Shown here: piece after piece, positions 20,079-30,300 of the stretch
How positions within the stretch are numbered: the first letter of the stretch is position 1
How the letters are laid out: every line of letters starts with the position of its first letter
Source: Chthonomonadales bacterium
GTDB taxonomy: Bacteria; Armatimonadota; Chthonomonadetes; Chthonomonadales; CAJBBX01
NCBI GenBank assembly: GCA_037443035.1
Contig: JBBIPC010000002.1
Coordinates: forward strand, 192,001-256,000
Direction of reading: 5' to 3'
Length of the DNA: 64,000 nucleotides
Translations under genes and position numbers: made by a program
The notes under the pieces: generated by a model
Database searches by the model: none
Told to the model about the DNA's origin: nothing
Seen by the model: the letters and a program-made list of their open reading frames with translations, nothing else

Positions 20079-21149
20079 GTGCCCAGCAAACTCGCCTGTC
20101 CGCTGTGCCGATCGCCGTTCGGCGACGAGTGCGGTGAATACGTCTGTGCTTCAGGAGCACACCGATTTCCGCTCTCCCACGGCATTCCGGACTTCAGCAC
20201 CCGCGAGCACTACTGGAACCAGCTTACCCCAGACCAGATGGAGTTCCTCTTGGATGTAGCCCAGCTCCGCGGCTATCGGTATGCCGTGGAGAACGTCATC
20301 GGCCTGTTCAAGGACCCCGAACTGAGCCGCTACGTGCTCGCGGCCAACCGTGCTGACTTTCGGGCGATTCTGCCCCTCGGACCCGACACGGAGGTAGTGG
20401 AGATAGGCGCTGGCTGGGGCGCGGTATCGTGCGGGTTGGCACCACACTGCCGCAGCGTCGTGGCGTTGGATACGAATCCGTATACGCTGCGCTTCGTCAG
20501 TCTTCGCGCCAAGGAGGATCAGATAGACAACCTTCTCCTTGCCCGATGCGATCCCTTGGACGATGGTCGCCTCCCGCTGGCGGAAGCCGGCTTCGATCTA
20601 GCCATCCTCAATGGTGTGCTCGAGTACGTGGGCAGCGCAACGGAGGACATCAGCCCGGATGCCGCTCAGCTTCGCGGCCTCAAGGAGGTACGCCGGATAC
20701 TCCGGCCTGGTGGCGCAGTCTATGTCGGCATCGAGAATCGCTTTGGCTACCTCTATTTCCTCGGGACGAGGGATCATGGCGGCCTTCGGTACACTAGCGT
20801 GCTGCCTCGCTGGCTCGCGAACTGCGTTATGCGCATGCGCATGCACAAGCCGTACCGTACGTACACGTACTCTTACAGCGGCTATCGCAAGCTACTCGCG
20901 CGCGCTGGTTTCAAAGATCCGCGCGTTTACATCGCGGTCCCGAACTACCGCGATCCACGGTTCATCGTGCCCGCCGATGACGACCGGGCTATCGCGTACC
21001 TGGTGCGTCGTTACGCATCCTACCTCAGGAAGCGATCCTGGCGCCTGGCAGCCCATGCGATCTTCGGGCGGGCGCCAGACTCCTTCTGCGGACAACTGGC
21101 GAGGGCACTGTCCGACTCCTTCCTGCTGGTAGCCGAGGCCGCCCCATGA
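20079..21149 (+). CDS. Class I SAM methyltransferase with N-terminal Trm112-like Cys knuckle
   Basis: N-terminal CPLC...C...H..FP...GIPDF, then VVEIGAGWG, FDLAILNGVLEY, LRPGG.VYVGIENR. Confidence 0.85.
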   Translation: MPSKLACPLCRSPFGDECGEYVCASGAHRFPLSHGIPDFSTREHYWNQLTPDQMEFLLDVAQLRGYRYAVENVIGLFKDPELSRYVLAANRADFRAILPLGPDTEVVEIGAGWGAVSCGLAPHCRSVVALDTNPYTLRFVSLRAKEDQIDNLLLARCDPLDDGRLPLAEAGFDLAILNGVLEYVGSATEDISPDAAQLRGLKEVRRILRPGGAVYVGIENRFGYLYFLGTRDHGGLRYTSVLPRWLANCVMRMRMHKPYRTYTYSYSGYRKLLARAGFKDPRVYIAVPNYRDPRFIVPADDDRAIAYLVRRYASYLRKRSWRLAAHAIFGRAPDSFCGQLARALSDSFLLVAEAAP

Positions 21150-22129
21150 GCACCGAGCTGGTAGAGAAGATACTCTCGGCTGGCGTTCTCCCGCATGTGC
21201 GGCGCGGCCACGTTTCACCCGTCAAGCTGGACACGACGGCGTTGCCGGGCGGATCGCTGGTCATGCTCCTGTTCGTGAACGATGAAGCGGAGCCCTCGTA
21301 CGTGCTTCGAACGCCACGAACTCCGCGACAACCGCAACGTATCCTCACCAACTTCAACTCTCTCCGCTATCTCTCCCAGGTGCGGCCGGTGGCCCGTTCG
21401 GTACCCAGAGCCGTTTTCTGCGGGGACCTGGACGGTCTGCTGACTTCCATCGAGACGTGCGTCCCTGGCCTGCCACTAGCGGTCAATCTGCGCATCGCTC
21501 GCCACGAGGGGCGACGCGACGATGCCGCGCACCTGTTCGGCTTGGGTGCCCAGTGGCTCTGGAACTTGCACGCCGCCACGCGGGCCAAGACGCCCCTTGC
21601 ACCCTGCGGTCAGCAGGACGCCGAAGCTAGCGCCACCAAATCCATCTGCGCCCTGAGGGACGAGGGTCTGCTGACCACTGCTCAGGCAGCATCTCTTCTC
21701 TCCGCGGTCCGGCTCGCCAACGGTCCCACAATGCCTGTGTCACGTGTACATGGCGACTACAACCCCAACAACATGCTGCTTGACCGACGGAAAGGGGTAT
21801 CGGTCATTGACTGGGAGTTCTCGCGCACAGGATGGGCGCTCTGGGATCTGTTCACCCTGGCACGTACAGCTTGGTTCCATCCGGCCGGCGTGCCCGAACC
21901 CAGTGCCACATTGGCCCAAGAGGTCTGGGATCCGCGCACCCCCTTCGGCCGAGCTTTCGCCGTTGCATTGCGCCGCTACGAGCAAGCATGGGGCATCCAT
22001 CGAGCCCACTGCCGCCTTCTCTTCGGCGTGTACATTGCCCAGTACTTGACCGAGCAGCTAGGCTTGCCACCACTGCCGAGCGTACCCGAGGCGTGGAAGA
22101 CGCTCCTTCTTGCTGCCGTCGAGTACTGA
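21146..22129 (+). CDS. Aminoglycoside-phosphotransferase/choline-kinase-like protein
   Basis: Brenner motif HGDYNPNNML and IDWE. ATGA overlap with the methyltransferase. Confidence 0.82.
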   Translation: MSTELVEKILSAGVLPHVRRGHVSPVKLDTTALPGGSLVMLLFVNDEAEPSYVLRTPRTPRQPQRILTNFNSLRYLSQVRPVARSVPRAVFCGDLDGLLTSIETCVPGLPLAVNLRIARHEGRRDDAAHLFGLGAQWLWNLHAATRAKTPLAPCGQQDAEASATKSICALRDEGLLTTAQAASLLSAVRLANGPTMPVSRVHGDYNPNNMLLDRRKGVSVIDWEFSRTGWALWDLFTLARTAWFHPAGVPEPSATLAQEVWDPRTPFGRAFAVALRRYEQAWGIHRAHCRLLFGVYIAQYLTEQLGLPPLPSVPEAWKTLLLAAVEY

Positions 22130-22148
22130 CGGAAGCGCGGCAGGGACT

Positions 22149-22514
22149 TCAATCGGCCGGCCTGCTCTCCGACGCAACGACGGGCGCCCCGCTGAACTCG
22201 AACTCAGGCCGCTCGAACACCGGAGGATGGTAGGCAGGCCGGAGCTGCACGCACCCGCGCTTGCAGGCTTCGGCGCAACACGCACAATGGATACATCGAA
22301 ACAGGTCGAAGCGGAGCACTTTGCTCGCCCGGTCTACCTCGATGGCGTTGGCGGGGCACCGCAGAGCGCAAGCACCGCAGAAGACGCAGTTCTCCTGCTG
22401 GAACTCGACCGCGCCGCGGTACCCCGGAGCGGGTTCCCGGGAGACGACCGGGAAGGGACGCGTCGCGGGCTTGGCTAACAGGTTACCGAGAATCCGACGG
22501 ATTAACATGGTCAC
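22149..22514 (-). CDS. echF: Ech hydrogenase 2x[4Fe-4S] subunit F
   Basis: Motifs CVFCGACALRCP and CIHCACCAEAC. Last gene of the operon. Confidence 0.85.
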   Translation of the reverse strand: MTMLIRRILGNLLAKPATRPFPVVSREPAPGYRGAVEFQQENCVFCGACALRCPANAIEVDRASKVLRFDLFRCIHCACCAEACKRGCVQLRPAYHPPVFERPEFEFSGAPVVASESRPAD

Positions 22515-23594
22515 TCAGCGCTCCGTGCAGCTGATGCAGGGGTCGATGGACAGGGTGATCACCGGCACATCGGCCATCTCGCAGCCAGGCAGCATGGCGA
22601 CGAGAGCCGGCACGTTGGCAGAGGTTGGAGTTCGGATGCGCAGGCGGTCCAGCCTCGTGCTCCCATCTGCGCTGATGAAGTAGATGAGCTCGCCACGCGG
22701 CTGTTCCACCCGCGAGAAAGCCCGTCCATTCGGTCGGCCACGCGGCCGAATGATGACATCGCCCTCCGGTATGTTGGCAATGGCCTTTCGCACCAGTTCG
22801 ATGGACTGGTAGCACTCACGAGCCCGGACGCGTGTTCGGGCATAGGAGTCGCCACCAGTCTCCACGATCGGCTCGATGCCGAGCTCGCCGTAGGCCGCGA
22901 AGCCGTCCGTGCGTGCATCTACTGGCACTCCACTGGCCCGCAGTACAGGACCCACGGCACCGAGAACGATCGCCTGCCCTGCAGGCAAGACACCCTTGCC
23001 AACGAGCCTCTTCTTAACAGTGCGATCCTCGAGAATTCCGTTCACCGCCACGTCCAGGGCCTTCTCCAGCGCATCCAGCTCACGCAGGATCATCTCCAGA
23101 TCCTCTGGGACAATATCGCGCCGAACGCCTCCGATAGTGCACGTTGAGATGATGACGCGGCTGCCTGCCGTTTTCTCGAAGATATCCATGAGGCGCTCGC
23201 GATTGCGCCAGAACTCCATGAATAGGCTCTCGAAGCCCAGTGCGTCCGCCAGTAGCCCCAGCCAGAGATGATGGCTCTGCAGCCGATGCAGCTCGCTCCA
23301 GATGACTCGCAGGTAGCGCGCCCGCGGTGGTACCTCCGCGCCCATCAGACGCTCGATACCCTGACAATAGCAGAGGGCGTGGATGAAGCTGCAGATACCG
23401 CAGATCCGCTCGACGAGGAAGACGTTCTGCGTGTAGTCCATGCGTTCGCCGGCCTTCTCGACACCACGGTGGACGTAGCCGATATGGGGAACCGCCTCCT
23501 TGACCGTTTCGTTCTCCAGCGTAAGCTTGAGCTGGATAGGTTCCGGCAAGACCGGGTGCTGCGGCCCGAATGGAATGGTTGTCCGATCAGACAT
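22515..23594 (-). CDS. echE: Group 4 [NiFe]-hydrogenase large subunit
   Basis: FGPQHP, L1 motif ERICGICSFIH and L2 motif DPCISCTER* with no C-terminal extension. About 359 aa. Confidence 0.92.
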   Translation of the reverse strand: MSDRTTIPFGPQHPVLPEPIQLKLTLENETVKEAVPHIGYVHRGVEKAGERMDYTQNVFLVERICGICSFIHALCYCQGIERLMGAEVPPRARYLRVIWSELHRLQSHHLWLGLLADALGFESLFMEFWRNRERLMDIFEKTAGSRVIISTCTIGGVRRDIVPEDLEMILRELDALEKALDVAVNGILEDRTVKKRLVGKGVLPAGQAIVLGAVGPVLRASGVPVDARTDGFAAYGELGIEPIVETGGDSYARTRVRARECYQSIELVRKAIANIPEGDVIIRPRGRPNGRAFSRVEQPRGELIYFISADGSTRLDRLRIRTPTSANVPALVAMLPGCEMADVPVITLSIDPCISCTER

Positions 23595-23997
23595 CCCGCT
23601 TCTCCACCGGCCGCTCCTTGAGCATGGGTCGTTCCGGCCCACCCTCGGTCAGTAGCAACCTGCCATGATAGTCGAGCGCGATACCCGTGATCGGAAGCCC
23701 AAAGAGTTCCTTGATCTCGTTCTCCACGAGGAATGCTGCGAAGTAGATCCCGCTGATGCTGGGCACTTCCGTTCCCTTGGGGAGCACGAGATGCAGATGG
23801 CGCAGGTGGCTGCCCGAAGCGAAGTGATAGTAGAGTTCGAAGTTCGCCCCTGAGTCCAGGCACGTCATCGTTACGAACCGGAGCTGGCTTTCCATGGCAG
23901 CAGCCACGCGATCCAACAGTTCGTCCAGGAGGACCTCTTCCACGTTGGGTACCTGCACAGGCGGTTGGGCACTGGAATGGGCCGTCGCTTCACTCAT
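23587..23997 (-). CDS. echD: Ech hydrogenase subunit D (NuoC-like)
   Basis: Motifs ELYYHF and VPSISGIYFAAFLVENEIKELFG. Confidence 0.87.
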   Translation of the reverse strand: MSEATAHSSAQPPVQVPNVEEVLLDELLDRVAAAMESQLRFVTMTCLDSGANFELYYHFASGSHLRHLHLVLPKGTEVPSISGIYFAAFLVENEIKELFGLPITGIALDYHGRLLLTEGGPERPMLKERPVEKRDV

Positions 23998-24451
23998 TGG
24001 GCGATCCCGCGCCTTCCCGCAACTTCCGCCGTCGCTCTTGCATGCGCTGCACGGCCATGACGGCGCCTTCGATAATGGCCTCTGGCTTCGGAGCGCAGCC
24101 TGGCACCCAGACATCCACGGGTATGATCCCCTCCACACCTCCGAGGATGTTGTAACACTCGTGGAACACACCACCAGATAGAGCGCATGCGCCGATGGCC
24201 ACGACTGCTTTTGGGTCCGGCATCTGCTCGTAGAGATTACGCAGCACACGAGCGTTGCGGAGGTTGCAGGTGCCCGTTACCAGAAGCACATCCGCATGCT
24301 TCGGGTTGCCCATGTTCACCATGCCGAAGCGCTCCACGTCATAGACCGGCGTCAGGCAGGCTAGCACCTCGATGTCGCAACCGTTGCATGCACCCGCATC
24401 AAAATGCAGTATCCAAGGCGACCTCGCGCGAGCTCGGTCGAGCAATCCCAT
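23990..24451 (-). CDS. echC: Ech hydrogenase small subunit (NuoB-like)
   Basis: Motifs SPWILHFD.GACNGCDIE, GNPKHADVLLVTG, GACALSGG and VPGCAPKPE. Confidence 0.92.
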   Translation of the reverse strand: MGLLDRARARSPWILHFDAGACNGCDIEVLACLTPVYDVERFGMVNMGNPKHADVLLVTGTCNLRNARVLRNLYEQMPDPKAVVAIGACALSGGVFHECYNILGGVEGIIPVDVWVPGCAPKPEAIIEGAVMAVQRMQERRRKLREGAGSPNE

Positions 24452-24491
24452 TGTACTATGCCTCCTCTTGTCTCACTTTCGCGAGGAGAGA

Positions 24492-25355
24492 TCACTGGAT
24501 CCTGGCCAGACCCACGTACCGCATGGCGAGGTTGGCAGCCGCAAGGCCCGCACCCCAAACCCACGCGAAGACTACGAGCCAACTCCATGTCAGACGCGCA
24601 GTAACATTGTCCAGGAGGATCACAGCCAGATAGGACCCAAGTGCCAGAAGCGCTCCTGCCCACCAGACGGTGTGCCATAGCAGCCAGTTGAACCCGAGAA
24701 TGAGTACGACCTCGTAGAAACGCGCAAGCTCGATGAGCGCCAGAGTGGGTCCTGAAAACTCGGTATAGACACCGCGCACCAGTTCCTGGTGCGCGTGATG
24801 AGAGCCGGATATGTCGAATGGTGATTTGTGTAGCTTGATACCGAGCACCATGGTCTGTGTCAGTAGAAACAGCGGCATACTCCAGAGGAGGGGCTTGTCC
24901 AGTTCGAGCAGCCGGCTCACCGAGAAGCTGTGGGTGTGAAGATAGATCCCCACCACCATGAAAACCAAGAGGGGCTCGTAGGCGAGCATCTGGAGCACTT
25001 CTCTCTGAGCCCCAAGCTGAGAATAGGGCGATTTCACGCTGAACGCCCCAAGGATGAGCATCACGGTTCCTAGCCCCACCACGAAAAGGAGCACGAGAAG
25101 GTCCTGGCCCAGCAACAGCATGAGCAGGCCCAATACGGTGGTCACAAGGTACAGGGATGCCGCAATGACCTGGAAGTTGTTGCATGCACTAGGAGCCTTG
25201 CCCAGCAGCTTTAGGACGTCGTAGAATGGCTGGAGCAGCGGGGGGCCTATGCGCGCCTGCAGGCGCGCCGTCAGTCGGCGATCTATGCCGAAGAGCAGTC
25301 CGCCCAATATCGGCGCGACGAGCACACCCAACGCGCCTATGGAGTACTCGTTCAT
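24492..25355 (-). CDS. echB: Ech hydrogenase membrane subunit B (NuoH-like)
   Basis: Motifs GIDRRLTARLQARIGPPLLQPFYDVLKL, AYEP and KSPFDIS.SHHAHQELVRG. Confidence 0.9.
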   Translation of the reverse strand: MNEYSIGALGVLVAPILGGLLFGIDRRLTARLQARIGPPLLQPFYDVLKLLGKAPSACNNFQVIAASLYLVTTVLGLLMLLLGQDLLVLLFVVGLGTVMLILGAFSVKSPYSQLGAQREVLQMLAYEPLLVFMVVGIYLHTHSFSVSRLLELDKPLLWSMPLFLLTQTMVLGIKLHKSPFDISGSHHAHQELVRGVYTEFSGPTLALIELARFYEVVLILGFNWLLWHTVWWAGALLALGSYLAVILLDNVTARLTWSWLVVFAWVWGAGLAAANLAMRYVGLARIQ

Positions 25356-27340
25356 CGGACGATCCATCCACCAGCCAGCATGAGCATTAGCAGCAGTGTG
25401 GACGCCGCAGTCATCCAACCCGTGTGCAGATCCTCTCCTGCATACTGCTCGTAGTAGTATCCCCTTACCGACACGGCCGATGTCACCTCGCCGGCACATC
25501 GGAACGCCGTTACAGTAGCCTGCGAATCCTGCTCTCCGCACAGATATGCGCCGGTGCAGCGCCTTCGCGTGAGACGGCTATAGAGAACCGGCAGGAGCAC
25601 CGCGAGTGCAAGGGCACCGAACAGGAACGGCCACGGAACGCCGAGCACGTTCCCTTCAGCCAGGATGTCCTCGGTTCGGACGGGCATGAAGGCGTAGTAC
25701 TGCGCCACGGCCGGGATGACCAGCTCTGTCAGCAGCGGCACGACGAGCAGGCTGAATACTACGGCACCAGCGGCAAGGAGCAGGAGAGGAACGAAGTACA
25801 TGGAGTGCAGGTGTTCGACATGGGGAAAAACGACCACAGGGTCTGCCATCATGAGGCGGCCTGCGAACTTCACCCAGAACACCACAGTCAGCGTACTGCC
25901 AATGACCAGCAAGAACAAAGCCAAGGGCATGACGACAGAGGCCTCGATGGCCGCAACCTTCGCAATGAGCACACCGAAGGGTGGCAGAAGCATGGAGAGG
26001 ATGCCAATGATCATGACGACAGTGGTGAGAGGCATGCGAGAGACAAGGCCCTGCATGTCCTCGATGTCCCGGCTCCAGATGGCATGCTCCACCACGCCTG
26101 CAGCCATGAAGAGCAGCGCCTTGGAGATGGCATGGAAGATGATCAGCATGACGGCGGCTGCCATGGCCAGGGGCGTGTTCAAGCCAGCACAAGCGATGAT
26201 GAGTCCGAGATTGGAGATGGTCGAATACGCCAGGACCTTTTTCGCGTTGGACTGGCCGATGGCCAGAAGAGCCGCACAGACAAAGGTGAAGCCGCCAGCA
26301 ACCGCGATTACACTGCTGATGCGTGTATCGTGGAATGCCGGTGCCAGCCGAGCTACAAGGTAGACACCCGCCTTCACCATCGTGCTGGAGTGCAGCAACG
26401 CTGAGACAGGCGTCGGTGCCACCATGGCTCCTAGCAGCCAGCTATGAAACGGCATCTGGGCGGACTTCGTGAAGCCGGCGATGACGAGAAAGCCGAGCCC
26501 CAGCAGCACCATAGGTTGTTGAGGCGCCTGAACTTGCCGGCCGACGATCTCCTGCAGATCCAATGTCCCGACGGCGGCAGCCAGAACGAGCATGCCCAGC
26601 GCGAAGGCAACACCACCGACCATATTCATCCACAGCGCTCGGTAGGCGTTGCGCCTGGCGTCGGGCGTGCCATCGTGACCTATCAGCAGGTAGCTGCAGA
26701 GAGTAGTAACTTCCCAGAAGAAGAACAGCCAGAGGAGACTGTTAGCGAGCACGAGTCCATTCATGGCGCCCAGGAATATGAGCACCGTGAGGAAGAAACG
26801 TGGCCGCCGACTGGCTTCCTCGGGAATGCCTGCGTGCTTCTCGTGCTCTTTCATGTAGGGGAGGCCGTACACTGCTACGATGGAGCCGATGACCGACACG
26901 ATCATGACCATGATGATCGTGACCCAATCCACGTAGAGCGCCTCCGCGTGATGCTTGGGAGCGACAAGACCCGTCTCGATAGCGCCGACGATCACGGCCT
27001 GTGCCGCCGCTAGCAGCATGATCGGAGCGTTCCGAAGCCATGCGCCGATGACGAAGAACCAGACCAGCAAGACCACGTCCAGCAGAATGATGACGATGTC
27101 CCAAGTCAACCGACCTGCCAAGTCGGGCGTGAATGCCTGAGTTGTATGCGTCAAAGCGACCTTGGTGAACAGACAAAGTGCCGCCAGCGTGAGTCCCCAT
27201 CCCGCGGCGCTGACCATGCCCTTGCGTGACCACTTCGTCCGGACGGCGTAGACCACCAGCCCGAACGCCACAGGCGAGAGGATGAGAACGCCTGCCAGCA
27301 CACTTGTCGGAACCATGGATACCTGCGCGAGGAGGTTCAT
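25352..27340 (-). CDS. echA: Ech hydrogenase membrane subunit A (NuoL/MrpA antiporter-like)
   Basis: Motifs FWEVTTLCSYLLIG, KSAQMPFHSWLLGAMVAPTPVSALLHSSTMVKAG, KKVLAYSTISNLG and FHAISKALLF. Confidence 0.9.
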   Translation of the reverse strand: MNLLAQVSMVPTSVLAGVLILSPVAFGLVVYAVRTKWSRKGMVSAAGWGLTLAALCLFTKVALTHTTQAFTPDLAGRLTWDIVIILLDVVLLVWFFVIGAWLRNAPIMLLAAAQAVIVGAIETGLVAPKHHAEALYVDWVTIIMVMIVSVIGSIVAVYGLPYMKEHEKHAGIPEEASRRPRFFLTVLIFLGAMNGLVLANSLLWLFFFWEVTTLCSYLLIGHDGTPDARRNAYRALWMNMVGGVAFALGMLVLAAAVGTLDLQEIVGRQVQAPQQPMVLLGLGFLVIAGFTKSAQMPFHSWLLGAMVAPTPVSALLHSSTMVKAGVYLVARLAPAFHDTRISSVIAVAGGFTFVCAALLAIGQSNAKKVLAYSTISNLGLIIACAGLNTPLAMAAAVMLIIFHAISKALLFMAAGVVEHAIWSRDIEDMQGLVSRMPLTTVVMIIGILSMLLPPFGVLIAKVAAIEASVVMPLALFLLVIGSTLTVVFWVKFAGRLMMADPVVVFPHVEHLHSMYFVPLLLLAAGAVVFSLLVVPLLTELVIPAVAQYYAFMPVRTEDILAEGNVLGVPWPFLFGALALAVLLPVLYSRLTRRRCTGAYLCGEQDSQATVTAFRCAGEVTSAVSVRGYYYEQYAGEDLHTGWMTAASTLLLMLMLAGGWIVR

Positions 27341-27351
27341 GGCGTGCTGTT

Positions 27352-30300
27352 CTAGCCTGGCATACCGGGAAGGCTCTTTGGGAGCGTCAGTTTCGGTCGG
27401 TTTCCGAATTCGGGCTTCAAGGGCGGTTCCTTTTCCAGCAACGCAAGCACGACCTCGATGGCCTTGTCCAACTGCGGGTCACGCCCTGCTGCATAGTCCT
27501 GTGGCGCCATCTGTACTTCGATATCAGGATCCGTGCCATAGTTCTCAACGCCCCAGCCTACGTCCTTGAACCAGAAGGCGTATTCCGGCTGCGTCGTCAT
27601 CCCGCCATCCACCAGTGGGTTATGTGGTCCAATTCCGATGACACCGCCCCACGTCCGCGTCCCGATGAGCGGTCCTAAGCCCATCAGCTTGAAGCAGTGG
27701 CTCACAATATCCCCATCGGATCCCGCGAACTGATTGGTGAGCATGACCATGGGACCCGCCACAGAGTGGCTCGGATACGGTTCTGGCTGTCCCCAGCGGG
27801 GAACGTCGTAGCCCACCCGCTTCCGGGCTAGTTTCTCCAGCAGAAGCTGCGAGACATGCCCGCCGCGGTTGAAGCGGACGTCCACGACGAGGGCATCGTA
27901 CTCAGCTTCAGCTAGATACAGCCGGTGAAACTCGGCGTAGCCCGCAGCGCCCATATCGGGAATGTGTACGTATCCCACGCGGCTGTTGGTCGCTTCGTGG
28001 ACGCGCCGCCGGTTGTGCTCGACCCACTCGCGGTACCTGGCTGGGAACTCGCTCCGGAGTGCCTTGGTCGTTACCGTTCGTAGCGCATCGCCCGAGCGCA
28101 GCGTCAGCGTCACTTCGCAGCCAGCCTGATGGACAAGAGCCTGTTGGGGCGTACAGTCGGCACCGAGCTGTCTGCCATTGATGGCGACGAGCAGGTCACC
28201 GGGCTCTGCGAGAATGCCGGGCGCCCGGAGAGGCGACATGGCGTCTGGTTCTCCGGGAGCCCCCTCTACAATCCGGGTGATCCGGTATCCCTGGGCGTCG
28301 GGATCCCATTCGAAGTCAGCCCCGAGGAATCCCTGATGGTAGGCTGGCTCGGGCCGATAGTCGCCGCCGAACTCGTACGCATGCGATGTTCCCAGCTCTC
28401 CCTGCATCTCCCACATGAGATCGGAGAACTCCGCCCTCGTACCGACGCGGTCGATTAGCGGCGCGTAACGATCCCACACGGCGTTCCAGTCTACGTCGGA
28501 CATGTCGGGCGTCCAGAAGTAATCCCTCTGCAGACGCCAGGCTTCCCGGGCCATCTGGCGCCACTCGGCTCCCGGATCTACGGGGACGCGCACACGTCCA
28601 AGATCCACCCATCCGCTCTTGCGCCCGGGGGGATCACCCGCAGCTTTCTCGTCAGGCTTCTCGCCTGCCCTCACCACACGTAGCCGGTCTCGCACCCTGT
28701 AGACCATGGACTTCAGGTCTGCACCGACCTCGAAGTCGGAGATGCCGGCTACCAATGTCTCTGTAAAACGTTGAGCGAAGTCGTAGCATTCCAGCGTCCC
28801 TTTGGGTGGCGTGTCGGTATCCGCCCAGCTTCGACCGAGTGCCCCTTGCACCGGAAATGTGAGATAGAGCAGTTTCCCCTTCAGCGCAGCAACCTGCGCC
28901 ACGATGCTCTCGGGCACTGGGAACCCGACGACTCTTCCCGCAATACCCTCCAGGTCAATGACGAGGTGTTGCGGCTCTTCTGGCGGCTGATCCGCTGGTT
29001 TGTCTGACTTCGCGTCTCCCTTCTCCTGACTGGAGTCGGGCTTCGAGAGCGGCTCGGGGAGCGGCAGGAAAGGTGATCGTACGTCCTTCCGCAGTGTCAC
29101 AAGGAACGGCCGTTCGCCACGAGGAAACCCTAAGTCGAAGTGAAGATTGTCGTAGACGGGGTCGAGGTCCCGTTTTCCGATGAAATAGAGGTACTTACCC
29201 TCGGGATCGAAGCAGGGCGACGTGTCTTGGAGGATGGGGTCCGTCACCTGACTGACTGTGCCGTCTTCGCGACTCCACAGCTTTATAGCGACCCTGTAAT
29301 GCGAGACACTTGCATGATAGGCCACCCAGCGCCCGTCGTGCGACCAGGTAGCACCGCCCAACGTGCCCCACGTGTTACGTTCGATTACCGTCACCGAGCC
29401 CGTGTCCAGGTCAACGAACAGGAGTTCCCGGCGGTTGTTCCACAGCACCAGGTGGTCCGCTGTCGGAGATGCGCGCAGAGCGTAGACTCTGCCTAGGTCG
29501 AGGTCGCTGTATCGCCGATACTCACCGCAGTTATCGAGCGTGTGGACTTCGATAGCCTCCTCGCCATCGCGATCGACCATAGCCGCTATGCGCTTGCCAT
29601 CGCGTAACCATGTAACGCAGCGGTAGCGGACGCCCGCTTCCTGAAAGCTGTCGGCACCAGCCACGATGGTGGCGGCGCCTTCCCAGTTGCCCATCGTCAC
29701 GCACTTGCCCCGTACAGTCAGAGCGAGGGAATGCCCTTCCGGGTGGAGGGTATACCCCTGAAGATATCGGCCTGGCTCTGCGTACTTGCGCTGGCGCTGA
29801 ACACGGGGGCTGCGGTATTCCACTGGTACTCTGTGGACGGAGTCGGACGCGGGATCTAGGACGTAAAGGTCGGCCCCGGCGTGGAAGACGACGAGGCGGC
29901 CGTCTGTGTTCGGATAGCGAACGAAGTACTCCACCAGATGGGTGTGGCGGCGCAGGTCATTGCCATCCGGAAGGCACGAGTAGATATTCCCGACGCCCTC
30001 GTGGTCGGATAGGAAGTAGATACGGTCCCCGATCCACATGGGTCTGGACATGTTGCCCTCGAGGCGGATAAGCGGTCGGAACGTTCCGCTTCCGTCCGGG
30101 TCTATCCAGATGTCCCCTGCGGTTCCTCCGCGATACCGCTTCCACCGCGCCGGATCGTTGCTGTGCCTGCCGAGTGCCACTCCGCCCCGTGGACCGAAGG
30201 TGATGCTCACCGCCAACCCGTAGGGCTCCGTCCTGGGCAGACCGCCCTCCAGTCCCACGGACATAATGCAGCACGTGCCGGAGAAGGGCTGCTGGGCATC

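Noticed and set aside
22149..27340. Partial NADH dehydrogenase (nuo) operon
   Set aside because: The large subunit retains both CxxC Ni-binding motifs and the gene set and order match Ech, not complex I.
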